Below, piece after piece: positions 19,986 through 29,272 of a DNA stretch of 64,000 nt. The translations under genes and the position numbers were made by a program. The stretch is from Minisyncoccota bacterium (lineage in GTDB: Bacteria > Patescibacteriota > Minisyncoccia > Phycocordibacterales > UBA5272), in the NCBI GenBank assembly GCA_046350775.1, contig JAXLZS010000001.1, positions 156,379 to 220,378 on the forward strand. Reading direction: 5' to 3'. The notes under the pieces were generated by a model that was not told where the DNA came from, ran no database searches, and was given only the letters and a program-made list of their open reading frames with translations. Position 1 is the stretch's first letter, and every line of letters starts with the position of its first letter.

Positions 19986-21056
19986 ATGTTAAAACAAAAA
20001 AACTTTCTAGAAAAATTAAAAGATAAAAAGAAAAAAGGAAAAACTATCACAGCCCTTGCTCCGATGGCAGATGTGACTGATTGTGTCTTTAGAGAGATGA
20101 TAGAAAAATATTCACGCCCAAATGGTCCAGATATTTTTTGGACAGAATTTGTCTCTGCTGACGGATTAGCAAGTGTAGGTAGAGAGCATCTCAAAATAGA
20201 TTTGAAATTTAATAAAAAAGAAAGTCCAATACTTGCTCAAATATTTGGATCACAAAAAGAAAATTTATCTAAAGCTATAAATCTAGTCTACAAATTAGGA
20301 TTTGATGGAGTTGATATCAATATGGGCTGCCCCGATAAAAGCATAGAAAAGCAAGGTGCTGGTGCAGGTATGATCAAAAATCCAGAATTAGTCAGAGAAA
20401 TATTAGAACATATCAGACCTCAAATAAAAGAATTAAACAAAAAAAGATTTTTCTCTTTTTCTATCAAGACTAGAATAGGCTACAACAAAATAGAATACGA
20501 AAAATGGTTTCCAAATATTTTGGATTATGAGCCAGATATTTTTACTGTACATTTGAGAACTAGAAAAGAAATGAGTCTTGTAGAGGCCCACTGGGAGATC
20601 TCTAGTGAGATAGTAGATTTTATAAAAACTTACTGTGAAAAAAATAATTTAAAAATCCCGTTTATTATTTTAAATGGTGATGTAAAAAATACAATAGACG
20701 CAAAAGATAAAATAAAATTGTCAGGGGCTGACGGAGTCATGATTGGTAGGGGAGTTTTTGGTACTCCTTGGCTATTTAATGAAAAAGAATATTTAAAAAG
20801 AAAAGAAGCAGATCTGGAGACTAAAAAAGGTAGAGGGAATATTTTATTTAGATTAAAAGTTTGTCTAGAGCATACACAAAAATATGAAAAAGTTTTAGGA
20901 AAATATAAATCTTTTAATATTATGAAAAAGCATTACAAAGCATATGTGAATGGATTTGATAATGCAAAAGAATTGAGAGTCGCCTTGATTGAGGCCAAAG
21001 ATTATAAAGAGGTAAAGACTATTACTGATGAGTTTATAAAAAATAAATTAAAATAA
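19986..21056 (+). CDS. dus: tRNA-dihydrouridine synthase
   Basis: LAPMADVTDCVFREM and the conserved GVDINMGCP Dus region. Confidence 0.8.
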   Translation: MLKQKNFLEKLKDKKKKGKTITALAPMADVTDCVFREMIEKYSRPNGPDIFWTEFVSADGLASVGREHLKIDLKFNKKESPILAQIFGSQKENLSKAINLVYKLGFDGVDINMGCPDKSIEKQGAGAGMIKNPELVREILEHIRPQIKELNKKRFFSFSIKTRIGYNKIEYEKWFPNILDYEPDIFTVHLRTRKEMSLVEAHWEISSEIVDFIKTYCEKNNLKIPFIILNGDVKNTIDAKDKIKLSGADGVMIGRGVFGTPWLFNEKEYLKRKEADLETKKGRGNILFRLKVCLEHTQKYEKVLGKYKSFNIMKKHYKAYVNGFDNAKELRVALIEAKDYKEVKTITDEFIKNKLK

Positions 21057-21090
21057 AAATCCTCGTTGTCGAGGACTTTTCTTGTATTTC

Positions 21091-21453
21091 TTAGATTAAA
21101 TATTTAAAGACTAAATAGCCTATAAACATTAAAATCCACGGAACACAAAGTATTAAAAACAATTGCTCTAAATTGTTTTTAATATTATCAGTTATTTTTT
21201 GATTATCTTTAACATCAACATCTTCAATTTCTTTCTTGAGAAGAAAAGAGATGTTGATATTTACAATCAATAAAATAAATAAACCAATGCCCACAAGTGC
21301 ATTTTTATAAACCAACTCCGGTTGTGGCATATTTTTAAAAACTGGTGCCAAAAACCAATCGAAATAGCTCGATATTACACATTTCCAGCTAAAAGCCGAT
21401 ATTGGTAAATATAAAAAGAAGATGATTAAAAATGAAATTATATTCTTTTTCAT
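21091..21453 (-). CDS. hypothetical small membrane protein
   Basis: ORF with 3 predicted TM helices. Confidence 0.35.
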   Translation of the reverse strand: MKKNIISFLIIFFLYLPISAFSWKCVISSYFDWFLAPVFKNMPQPELVYKNALVGIGLFILLIVNINISFLLKKEIEDVDVKDNQKITDNIKNNLEQLFLILCVPWILMFIGYLVFKYLI

Positions 21454-21521
21454 GACAGAATTTTTTATTTATTGTTATTTAATATGAACATTCTATTTTA
21501 TCATACATAAAATATATAAAA

Positions 21522-21539
21522 TAGTCAAGTCTTAAAAAT
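21522..21539 (+). promoter_or_regulatory. same motif upstream of dnaX (TAGTCAAGTCTTAAAAAT)
   Basis: Direct reading. Confidence 0.55.
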
Positions 21540-21569
21540 ATCTCATTTTTATAATATAATTTTATCTAT

Positions 21570-22643
21570 ATGAAAAATACTAAAGAAGAAAATAAGCCAA
21601 ATCATCTAGCTCTTTATAGAAAATATCGTCCAGACAATTTTAAAGACGTCATAGGCCAAGAATTGGCTCTAGAAACGCTACAAAACTCTATAAAGCAAGA
21701 TAAGATTTATCATGCTTATATCTTTTCTGGAGATCGTGGCACAGGCAAAACTACAGTCGCTAGAATCTTTGCAAAAGAAATAGGATCTACAAAAGATGAC
21801 ATATATGAGCTGGACGCAGCTAGCAACAATAGTGTTGACGATATAAGACTACTCACAGAAGCTGCTCAATCTTCGACTTTTGGCTCTAGATATAAAGTCT
21901 ATATTCTAGATGAGGCCCACATGCTCTCTAAATCAGCCTTTAATGCACTTTTAAAAACTCTGGAAGAGCCTCCAGCACATGTCATTTTTATACTAGCTAC
22001 CACAGATAAACATAAATTACCAAACACCATTGTCTCTCGCTGCCAAGAGATAAATTTTGCTTCACCAGAAATTAAGACTCTAGAAAAATTAATAGAAAAA
22101 GTTTCAAAAAAAGAAGATAGGACTTTAGATAAAGAATCTATCAACTTGATAGCAAGACAAGGTAAAGGATCATTTCGTGACACTCTTGGAATATTAGAAA
22201 AAGTATTTAGCACTATAAAAGAAAATAATATAAATAAAGAACAAGTAGAAAATATTTTTGGAATTGTAAATGAAAAAGAAATTTTTACAATTTTAGAATC
22301 AGTTTGCGAAAAGGATATAAACAAGCTTTTGACTCATTTTGAAAATTTGAATCTCGAGACTAGTCAATCAATAGAAGCAGCTTATGTGGAGACAGTAAAA
22401 ATGATGGAGCATGCACTATTTTTAAGATTAATCAAAGAAGAAGAAATCAAGAAAATTTTTGATAAAAAAATAGGGGAAGATATGATTAAAAAATTGAGAG
22501 AGCTAAGTCTAAAATTTGGAAACATAGTTTCATCATCCAATTTATATAAATTATTACAAATAGAAAAAGATTTAAATACTAATAATGTAGAAATCAAAAA
22601 GACGATACTGATAGCAGGGCTAATCAGAATAATAGAAGAATAG
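21570..22643 (+). CDS. dnaX: DNA polymerase III subunit gamma (short DnaX, no tau extension)
   Basis: YRKYRP...VIGQE opening, Walker A GDRGTGKTT, DEAH-like ILDEAHML, and sensor SRCQ. Confidence 0.85.
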   Translation: MKNTKEENKPNHLALYRKYRPDNFKDVIGQELALETLQNSIKQDKIYHAYIFSGDRGTGKTTVARIFAKEIGSTKDDIYELDAASNNSVDDIRLLTEAAQSSTFGSRYKVYILDEAHMLSKSAFNALLKTLEEPPAHVIFILATTDKHKLPNTIVSRCQEINFASPEIKTLEKLIEKVSKKEDRTLDKESINLIARQGKGSFRDTLGILEKVFSTIKENNINKEQVENIFGIVNEKEIFTILESVCEKDINKLLTHFENLNLETSQSIEAAYVETVKMMEHALFLRLIKEEEIKKIFDKKIGEDMIKKLRELSLKFGNIVSSSNLYKLLQIEKDLNTNNVEIKKTILIAGLIRIIEE

Positions 22644-22672
22644 ATATAATTAATAATGAAAAGAAATGAAAA

Positions 22673-22701
22673 GAATCGATTCCAAAGCTGAATCGATTTT
22701 T
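22673..22701 (+). terminator. rho-independent terminator of dnaX
   Basis: Self-complementary gaatcgatt...aatcgatt stem followed by TTTTTATTT. Confidence 0.65.
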
Positions 22702-23020
22702 ATTTAGATTATTAAATAAAGCTTTTTTATAGATATACGTGTCGTAAAAGATATATTGTGCGAAGCGTATATAAAAAAGAAAGAGACTTCTCTATATGGA
22801 TTTATATCTACAGAGACTTTATAAATACTTTTAATTTATTTTTATACAAAAACAAAACGCGACCGATATGAGGCGGTGCGTTTTGCTTTAGTCACCCAAG
22901 ACTAGTAGGAGAGACAGGAGTGTGGGATTCTTCTATCTCCCCTATCAAAAATTATAACAAAAGACTTTTGATATACAATATTTACAAAATAAAAATTTAT
23001 TTTATTATTTTATTTTTTAA

Positions 23021-23302
23021 TTATTTCTTTTTCGGATCTAAAATTTCTAAATTGATACCAAGTAAAGCAAAGAAGCTTACAATAGGTAGCCAAATCATTT
23101 CGAATAAAGTAACCAATTTTATTTGTTTGAAAACCAAAAAGAAATCTAAAATCATTTTTGTGTCCACATCAATTTTCTTCATAGATTTTTGATATCCTTC
23201 ATCAGCATTACCTTGTATAGTAAAAAAAGCAACTACAGCTCCTAAAACTAGAGCAATAACACAATAAATTATAAGTCTGGATATATAGATCTCAAATACC
23301 AT
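23021..23302 (-). CDS. hypothetical small membrane protein (2 TM) downstream of gltX
   Basis: Same-strand ORF with hydrophobic helices. Confidence 0.35.
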   Translation of the reverse strand: MVFEIYISRLIIYCVIALVLGAVVAFFTIQGNADEGYQKSMKKIDVDTKMILDFFLVFKQIKLVTLFEMIWLPIVSFFALLGINLEILDPKKK

Positions 23303-23449
23303 ATTATTTTAAAAATTTAATAGTGTAATAAAAACCCAAAATACTTCCTCCAATAAAAAGGATTAAAAATAATATAAATAGATCTTGAAATGATATATCG
23401 ATTAACATTTCCTTATACTACCATATATAAAGTAATATGTCAAAGGTAA

Positions 23450-24835
23450 TTAATTTAGAGCAGAGATGGCATTTCCTATTCTTTTCAAGCTTTCTTCTAT
23501 ATCTAAAATATCCAAAAGAGTCTTTGGGTCAGGTGATTTTTCTTTTCCTGATAGCGCATAGCGAAGTGGCCAAAGCATATCACCCTTTCCTTTTTCTTCT
23601 GCTAATTTGTATATATCATTCCAAATATCTTCAATAGATTTTTCTTGATTATTTTCTAAAATATTTTTGAGAGCTAGAAGATTTTCTAAAGTCTTTTCTT
23701 TATCTGACTTTTTCCAAATAAGTCTTTCAGGATTCTTTTCTTTTGTGGAGGAATCAAATACTGGTGCATTGAGATAATAGTCCAGCTCACCAGCTTCATG
23801 CATAGATTTTAATTCTCCATAATAATTTATCCTATCTATAAGGATAGGCCTCATTTTACTTAAAAGCTCATCACTATACTTTTGTATTTCAGGAAGATAT
23901 TTTTTGATATATTCTATCTGCTCAGTCTCACTTTGCTTTTTGATATATTCTTTATTGTACCAATTGAGTTTCTCAACATTAAAGACCGCTCCACCTTTTT
24001 GGACTTTGGTGATATCAAATTTATTTATAAGCTCATCTAGACTATAAATCTCTTCCTCTCCTCCAGGATTCCAGCCAAGAAAGGCTATAAAATTTATAAA
24101 AGCATCTTTAAGATATCCATTGTCTCGATAATATTCTACTGAGACAGTTTCCCCATGTTTTCTTTTGGATAATTTTTCTTTTTCTGTAGAAAGTATGAGG
24201 GGTATATGAGCGTAGATAGGAGCATCTTGTACACCAATAGCCTCTCTGATCAAAATCTGTCTTGGAGTATTTGCGATATGCTCTTCTGCTCTAATAATAT
24301 GATTTACGCCCATCAAGATATCATCGATCACATTTGAAAGATGAAAGATTGGCTCATCGAGAGTCTTAGCTATCACAAAATCTCCTAGATCTGTAGTGTC
24401 CGTAGAGACAGTGCCACGAATCATATCTTCAAAAGTCACCACCTTATTTGGATTTTTAAATCTGATAACTTCTTCTCTCAAAACCTTTCCTTCTTTTTTA
24501 GCATTTTCTATTTCTTCTTCACTTGTCTTGGAAATATAAGCATGTCCATCGGCGATTAATTTTTCAAGATATTGTCTATGAATAGCAAAATTGTCTGATT
24601 GCTTTTTTGTATCATCAAATTTTAAATCTAGCCAATTAAAAATCTCTATGATGCCAGTAGTGTATTCTTCTCTATTTCTTTCTGTGTCAGTATCTTCAAT
24701 TCTTAAAATTATTTTTCCATCCTTTTGTTTTGTAAAAAGATAATTAAAGAGAGCAGTTCTCGCTCCACCAATATGGAGAAAGCCGGTCGGACTTGGAGCA
24801 AATCTAGTGACTATTTGTTTATTTTCTAAAGACAT
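23450..24835 (-). CDS. gltX: glutamyl-tRNA synthetase
   Basis: VTRFAPSPTGFLHIGGARTALFNY HIGH region and KLSKRKHG KMSKS motif. Confidence 0.9.
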   Translation of the reverse strand: MSLENKQIVTRFAPSPTGFLHIGGARTALFNYLFTKQKDGKIILRIEDTDTERNREEYTTGIIEIFNWLDLKFDDTKKQSDNFAIHRQYLEKLIADGHAYISKTSEEEIENAKKEGKVLREEVIRFKNPNKVVTFEDMIRGTVSTDTTDLGDFVIAKTLDEPIFHLSNVIDDILMGVNHIIRAEEHIANTPRQILIREAIGVQDAPIYAHIPLILSTEKEKLSKRKHGETVSVEYYRDNGYLKDAFINFIAFLGWNPGGEEEIYSLDELINKFDITKVQKGGAVFNVEKLNWYNKEYIKKQSETEQIEYIKKYLPEIQKYSDELLSKMRPILIDRINYYGELKSMHEAGELDYYLNAPVFDSSTKEKNPERLIWKKSDKEKTLENLLALKNILENNQEKSIEDIWNDIYKLAEEKGKGDMLWPLRYALSGKEKSPDPKTLLDILDIEESLKRIGNAISALN

Positions 24836-24874
24836 ATTTGATATATAATATTAAAATATTATCACAAAATCCCC

Positions 24875-24892
24875 TTTTTTCAGACTTGACAA
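24875..24892 (-). promoter_or_regulatory. same motif upstream of gltX (TTGTCAAGTCTGAAAAAA on the - strand)
   Basis: Direct reading. Confidence 0.5.
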
Positions 24893-24961
24893 ATTATATT
24901 TAGAATGATACATTATATTTAGTTTTATTTTTTTAATGAACCTTTTAAATATTTTCAAAAA

Positions 24962-25207
24962 ATGAAAAAGTATGTTTATCAAATCAGTTGTGACTTTTAC
25001 TTAAAAAAAAGAAATGAAAATGGCTACATCTCGGTAATTTCAGGGTTTGTACAAAAAGAAGATGAACCAAATGAATCTTTTTTTGGCCAACGACTTCCTA
25101 AAGAAATCGAGGCTCATTTAGTAAAAAGTATCGGGAAGAAATCTTCTGACGAAACTCTAAAAACAGGAGATGTTGATTTAAAATATAATATCAACAAACT
25201 TAATTAA
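24962..25207 (+). CDS. hypothetical small protein
   Basis: ORF only. Confidence 0.25.
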   Translation: MKKYVYQISCDFYLKKRNENGYISVISGFVQKEDEPNESFFGQRLPKEIEAHLVKSIGKKSSDETLKTGDVDLKYNINKLN

Positions 25208-25775
25208 GGAAACTTCCCTCGAAATCTTTTTCCGCTTCCTTTTCGGAAGATCCATGAAGGCCGGCATACCAAATGTCGGCTTTTTTTATTTTTGAGACTG
25301 ACATCGCATGAGAGACGACGACTTCATGACTAGCAATATCCAGATTTGGAATCGCATCTATTTCCCCTGTCTCACCATTTTCATCTGTCACAAAAATAAA
25401 TTTTACTTTTTCTTCTCCTACCACTCCTTTGATATTTTCTGTGACTAAAATATTTGATCGTGAGATAATTTTTCCACTTACATCTGCGATACCTCGCACA
25501 TTGATTTTGGATTTGGTATGGCTAGCATTGTGATTGACTATACAAGATGCGTCACAAAGACTGTCTTTAGCTTTATATCTGCCGACAAATTCTACACTCG
25601 CCCCTTCCGCATTTATATTGATGATAGTATGCGAAATAAAATCTTTTTCAATATTTTCTAAATTATTTTCTTTAAATTCAAAATGTTTAGCTTCATCGAG
25701 ATTAATCACCTTCGTATTTTTTACGATTTCTTCTTCTGTAAATTTAGTTTTAATTTTTAATCCGTAGTTTGTCAT
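25200..25775 (-). CDS. sufD: miniature SufD-like Fe-S assembly protein (C-terminal beta-helix domain only)
   Basis: Lies immediately downstream of sufB. Similar to the SufB/SufD C-terminal domain: RSNILVTENIKGVVGEEKVKFIFV...ASHEVVVSH. Confidence 0.5.
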   Translation of the reverse strand: MTNYGLKIKTKFTEEEIVKNTKVINLDEAKHFEFKENNLENIEKDFISHTIININAEGASVEFVGRYKAKDSLCDASCIVNHNASHTKSKINVRGIADVSGKIISRSNILVTENIKGVVGEEKVKFIFVTDENGETGEIDAIPNLDIASHEVVVSHAMSVSKIKKADIWYAGLHGSSEKEAEKDFEGSFLN

Positions 25776-25781
25776 AATTTT

Positions 25782-27173
25782 TTACATTCCTTCGATTTCA
25801 AGATCAATCAACTTATTCAACTCTACCGCATATTCAAGCGGTAGTTTTTTTATTATCTCACTCGCAAATCCTCCGATGATCAGTCTCTGTGCTCCATACT
25901 CATCAAAGCCATGGAGATTGGTATAAAAGATTTCTTTTTCAGAAAGCTGTCCAACTTTGGCTTCGTGAGAAATTTCTACATCTTTATTGGAGACTTTATT
26001 TACTGGAATAGCCAAAGCTTTAGATTCTTTATCTAAAAGCAAAGTATCACAAGCCACCACAACTTTTGAATTTGTAGCTCTCTTTCCTATCTCTACAAAG
26101 CCTCTATAAGTCGAAATTCCACCATTTTTAGCGATAGATTTAGATTTTATGACAGATGATGTATTGGGAGCTAGATGGACGACTTTTGAGCCAACATCTT
26201 GATTTTGATCGTGCCCTGCCATAGCGATACCAAGGCTTTCACTTCTAGCCCACTCACCAAGCAAGATTGAAGAAGGATAGAGCATTGTAGTATGTCCGCC
26301 AGTATTTCCATTGAGCCACTCTACTTCTCCCTTTTCATAGACTAGAGCTTTTTTAGTATTTAAATTAAAAACATTTTTACTCCAATTTTCTATACTGCTA
26401 TATTTTATTTTTGCATCTTTTAAGACAAATAGTTCTACCCCTCCAGCATGAAGTGATGAGTAAGAATATTTTGGAGCAGAGCATCCTTCAATATATTCGA
26501 CATAGCTACCTTCATCGGCGATGATGATAGTATGCTCAAATTGTCCTCCTTTTTCTTTATTCATTCTAAAATATGATTGAAGTGGCATTTTAACTTTCAC
26601 ACCTTTTGGTACATAGATAAATGTGCCACCACTCCAGGTGGCCGCATGCAGCATGGCAAATTTATGCTCATCAATCTTTATACAATCTGTCATAAAATAT
26701 TTTTTCACCAGCTCAGGATATTTTTCTACAGCAGTATCCATATTTTCAAAAATAACTCCTTGCTTTTTGAGAGAGTCTTTGATTGAGTGATAGACTACAC
26801 CAGAGTCGTATTGGGCTCCGACACCACCAAGATACTCACGCTCTGCCTTTGGTATACCAAGCTTTTCAAATTGCTCACTGATCTCTTTTGGTACTTCACT
26901 CCAGCTATTTTGCTCTTTGAGATCTGAGGGTATGTAGTAGATGATTTCATTTAGATTTAATTTATCTAGACTTGGTCCCCAATTTGGAAGTGGAGTCTTT
27001 TTGTAATGGTTAAAAGCTTCGAGTCTTTTTTGTAGCATCCAATCTGGCTCATTTTTATCTTTTGAGATACCTCTTACTATTTCCTCTGTTAATCCAAAAG
27101 AAAAATCCAAAGAATTCTCGGATTCTTTTTCTTGATTTTTCTTATTGAATTTAGCGAAAATTTTCTTAAACAT
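25782..27173 (-). CDS. sufB: Fe-S cluster assembly protein SufB
   Basis: Strong full-length similarity: HTIIIADEGSYVEYIEGCSAP...ISHEAKVGQLSEKEIFY. Confidence 0.9.
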   Translation of the reverse strand: MFKKIFAKFNKKNQEKESENSLDFSFGLTEEIVRGISKDKNEPDWMLQKRLEAFNHYKKTPLPNWGPSLDKLNLNEIIYYIPSDLKEQNSWSEVPKEISEQFEKLGIPKAEREYLGGVGAQYDSGVVYHSIKDSLKKQGVIFENMDTAVEKYPELVKKYFMTDCIKIDEHKFAMLHAATWSGGTFIYVPKGVKVKMPLQSYFRMNKEKGGQFEHTIIIADEGSYVEYIEGCSAPKYSYSSLHAGGVELFVLKDAKIKYSSIENWSKNVFNLNTKKALVYEKGEVEWLNGNTGGHTTMLYPSSILLGEWARSESLGIAMAGHDQNQDVGSKVVHLAPNTSSVIKSKSIAKNGGISTYRGFVEIGKRATNSKVVVACDTLLLDKESKALAIPVNKVSNKDVEISHEAKVGQLSEKEIFYTNLHGFDEYGAQRLIIGGFASEIIKKLPLEYAVELNKLIDLEIEGM

Positions 27174-27202
27174 TATTTAATATAATAATACATTTTTGTA
27201 TT

Positions 27203-27220
27203 TTTAGAAAGACTTGACAA
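27203..27220 (-). promoter_or_regulatory. same motif upstream of sufB (TTGTCAAGTCTTTCTAAA)
   Basis: Direct reading. Confidence 0.5.
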
Positions 27221-27232
27221 TATTTATATTTA

Positions 27233-28489
27233 TTATTTATATTCAATTAAAAATTCTTTTACAGAGACAATTTTTCCTTCAGCTTCATTTCTTCTTTTTA
27301 CTTCTACTCCACCAGCCGCAAGAGATTTTTCTGAAATGACAACACGAAGTGGAATACCGATTAAGTCTGCGTCAGAGAATTTTTCACCAGCAGTTTTATT
27401 TTCTCTATCATCAAAAAGTACTTCGATATCATTTTCGATTAATTCTTGATAAATCTTTTTAGCTTCAGAGTAGACTTCACTTTCACTATCTTTTGCGAGA
27501 GATAGTAAATGTATTTGAAATGGAGAGACTGACTCTGGCCAGACTATACCTTTTTCATCTGCAAAGACTTCTACGATAGTGCCCATGAGTCTTGTAATAC
27601 CAATACCATATGAGCCCATATAGACGGGACGAACTTCACCATCTTGATCTTTATAATTTAATTCTAGTGGATCAGAATATTTGTAAGCAAGTGAGAAAAT
27701 ATTTCCGACTTCTATCGCCTTTTTCTCAATTAGATTTTCCTTTTTTAATTCTAAATCTTCCAACACTTCGTCGAGCATCACCTCTTTATTGACTGCCAGA
27801 TTCTTTTTCTCATCTACATACACCATATCTTCTCCAGCCTCTGAGATAGTCTGAAACTCGTGTGAGAATTTTGAAAAGGTTCCACCACTAGCAAAAGTCA
27901 GATATGTGATATCTCCTAGACCAACTCTACGAAATACATTCATATAGGCTGATTTTGATTTCTCATAAAAAGCATCATGCTCATCTTTGTCTTTTGAAAA
28001 TGAATAGAGAGCCTTCCAATAAAATTCTCTTCCTCTCATGAGGCCAGATTTACTTCTGACTTCATTTCTAAAAATCTCTTTAAAATCATATGGATATATT
28101 GGGAGATCTTTATATGAATTTATATATTGCTTCATGATATTGGTATAAGCTTCTTCATTTGTAAATGAAAGACCAACCTGACTACCGTTTTTCAATTCTG
28201 TCTTAAACCAATTGTCCACCACATCATCACTCCATCTACCAGACTTTTCCCAAGCTTCTTTGGTTTGAATAATAGAAGTTTTCATTTCGATGCCACCAAT
28301 CCTATTCATTTCTTCACGGATGATATTTTCAATTTTTTCTACGACTCTCACTCCGAGTGGCAAAAGAGAATAGACGCCGGCCATTTCTTTAAATACATAT
28401 CCTGCTTGGATGAGAAGCTGTGCATTGCGAGCCTGCTCATCAGCTGGGATATCTTTTTTGGTTTTACTAAAAAGTTTTGATTGAAGCAT
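27233..28489 (-). CDS. proS: prolyl-tRNA synthetase (short form lacking the editing insertion)
   Basis: ProRS N-terminus MLQSKLFSKTKKDIPADEQARNAQLLIQAGY and class II motifs. Confidence 0.85.
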   Translation of the reverse strand: MLQSKLFSKTKKDIPADEQARNAQLLIQAGYVFKEMAGVYSLLPLGVRVVEKIENIIREEMNRIGGIEMKTSIIQTKEAWEKSGRWSDDVVDNWFKTELKNGSQVGLSFTNEEAYTNIMKQYINSYKDLPIYPYDFKEIFRNEVRSKSGLMRGREFYWKALYSFSKDKDEHDAFYEKSKSAYMNVFRRVGLGDITYLTFASGGTFSKFSHEFQTISEAGEDMVYVDEKKNLAVNKEVMLDEVLEDLELKKENLIEKKAIEVGNIFSLAYKYSDPLELNYKDQDGEVRPVYMGSYGIGITRLMGTIVEVFADEKGIVWPESVSPFQIHLLSLAKDSESEVYSEAKKIYQELIENDIEVLFDDRENKTAGEKFSDADLIGIPLRVVISEKSLAAGGVEVKRRNEAEGKIVSVKEFLIEYK

Positions 28490-28540
28490 AAAATAAATAT
28501 TATAATATTTAATTATTTTATCTTATTTTTCAATATATAC

Positions 28541-28553
28541 AAATACTTGACAA
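28541..28553 (-). promoter_or_regulatory. motif core upstream of proS (TTGTCAAGTATTT)
   Basis: Direct reading. Confidence 0.45.
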
Positions 28554-28620
28554 AGTTATGGGATTGGGATATGGTAGTATAAGATAGGTTTTGTTTTTTT
28601 AACAATTAAAATTAATTAAC

Positions 28621-29175
28621 ATGACAAATAAAACAGATTCTTTTTTAAGCTTTAATGATGGTTATCTTTTTGAGACTTTAATGAAAAGGCTTACAGACAA
28701 AGAAGTATTTAAAAAGGTAATAGATGAAGGAATAATCAAAATAGATTTTGAATCTCTCAAGTTTTTTTTACAGAAGGAAATCGGATTTATATTTTATGAT
28801 CGTAGTCCATTAATTTTACCAGAAGACATGATAATGTACCCTGCTTATTCATTATTGTTGCTAGATACATATCTGTTTAAAATTAAATTACCGGCAACAA
28901 AAGAGGAAATAGAATCTCAATTCTTGAAAAGACACCTAGTATTTCCTCCTTATGGTCTAGTTAACGTTTTGGAACAAATACCAGATCAAAAGCTATATGA
29001 GAAAAGATTTTTAAGTATTGGAAAATATCCAAAAGCTGGATTGTTTTATAGTTTAATTAATTTCAGCGAAAATGGATCAGGGTCTCATAGCAGCGAATTT
29101 GTCGGCACCATCAAAATCCAAGATGGTTATGGTTCAGCAAAAGATACTTGGACCATTGGTGTAAAAGAAACTTAA
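28621..29175 (+). CDS. hypothetical protein
   Basis: ORF with no recognisable motif. Precedes the Pif1-like helicase. Confidence 0.35.
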   Translation: MTNKTDSFLSFNDGYLFETLMKRLTDKEVFKKVIDEGIIKIDFESLKFFLQKEIGFIFYDRSPLILPEDMIMYPAYSLLLLDTYLFKIKLPATKEEIESQFLKRHLVFPPYGLVNVLEQIPDQKLYEKRFLSIGKYPKAGLFYSLINFSENGSGSHSSEFVGTIKIQDGYGSAKDTWTIGVKET

Positions 29176-29272
29176 AAAGTTATTTATTTATTTTCCAAAA
29201 TAACCTCACTTTCGTGAGGTTATTTTTTTAATTATATATTTATATCTTTTATGTTAAAATTAATCTACTTTT

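Noticed and set aside
22920-23192. 90-aa + strand ORF (GTG start) downstream of dnaX
   Set aside because: Extremely low-complexity I/K/F-rich translation typical of AT-rich non-coding DNA. It overlaps the more plausible - strand membrane ORF.
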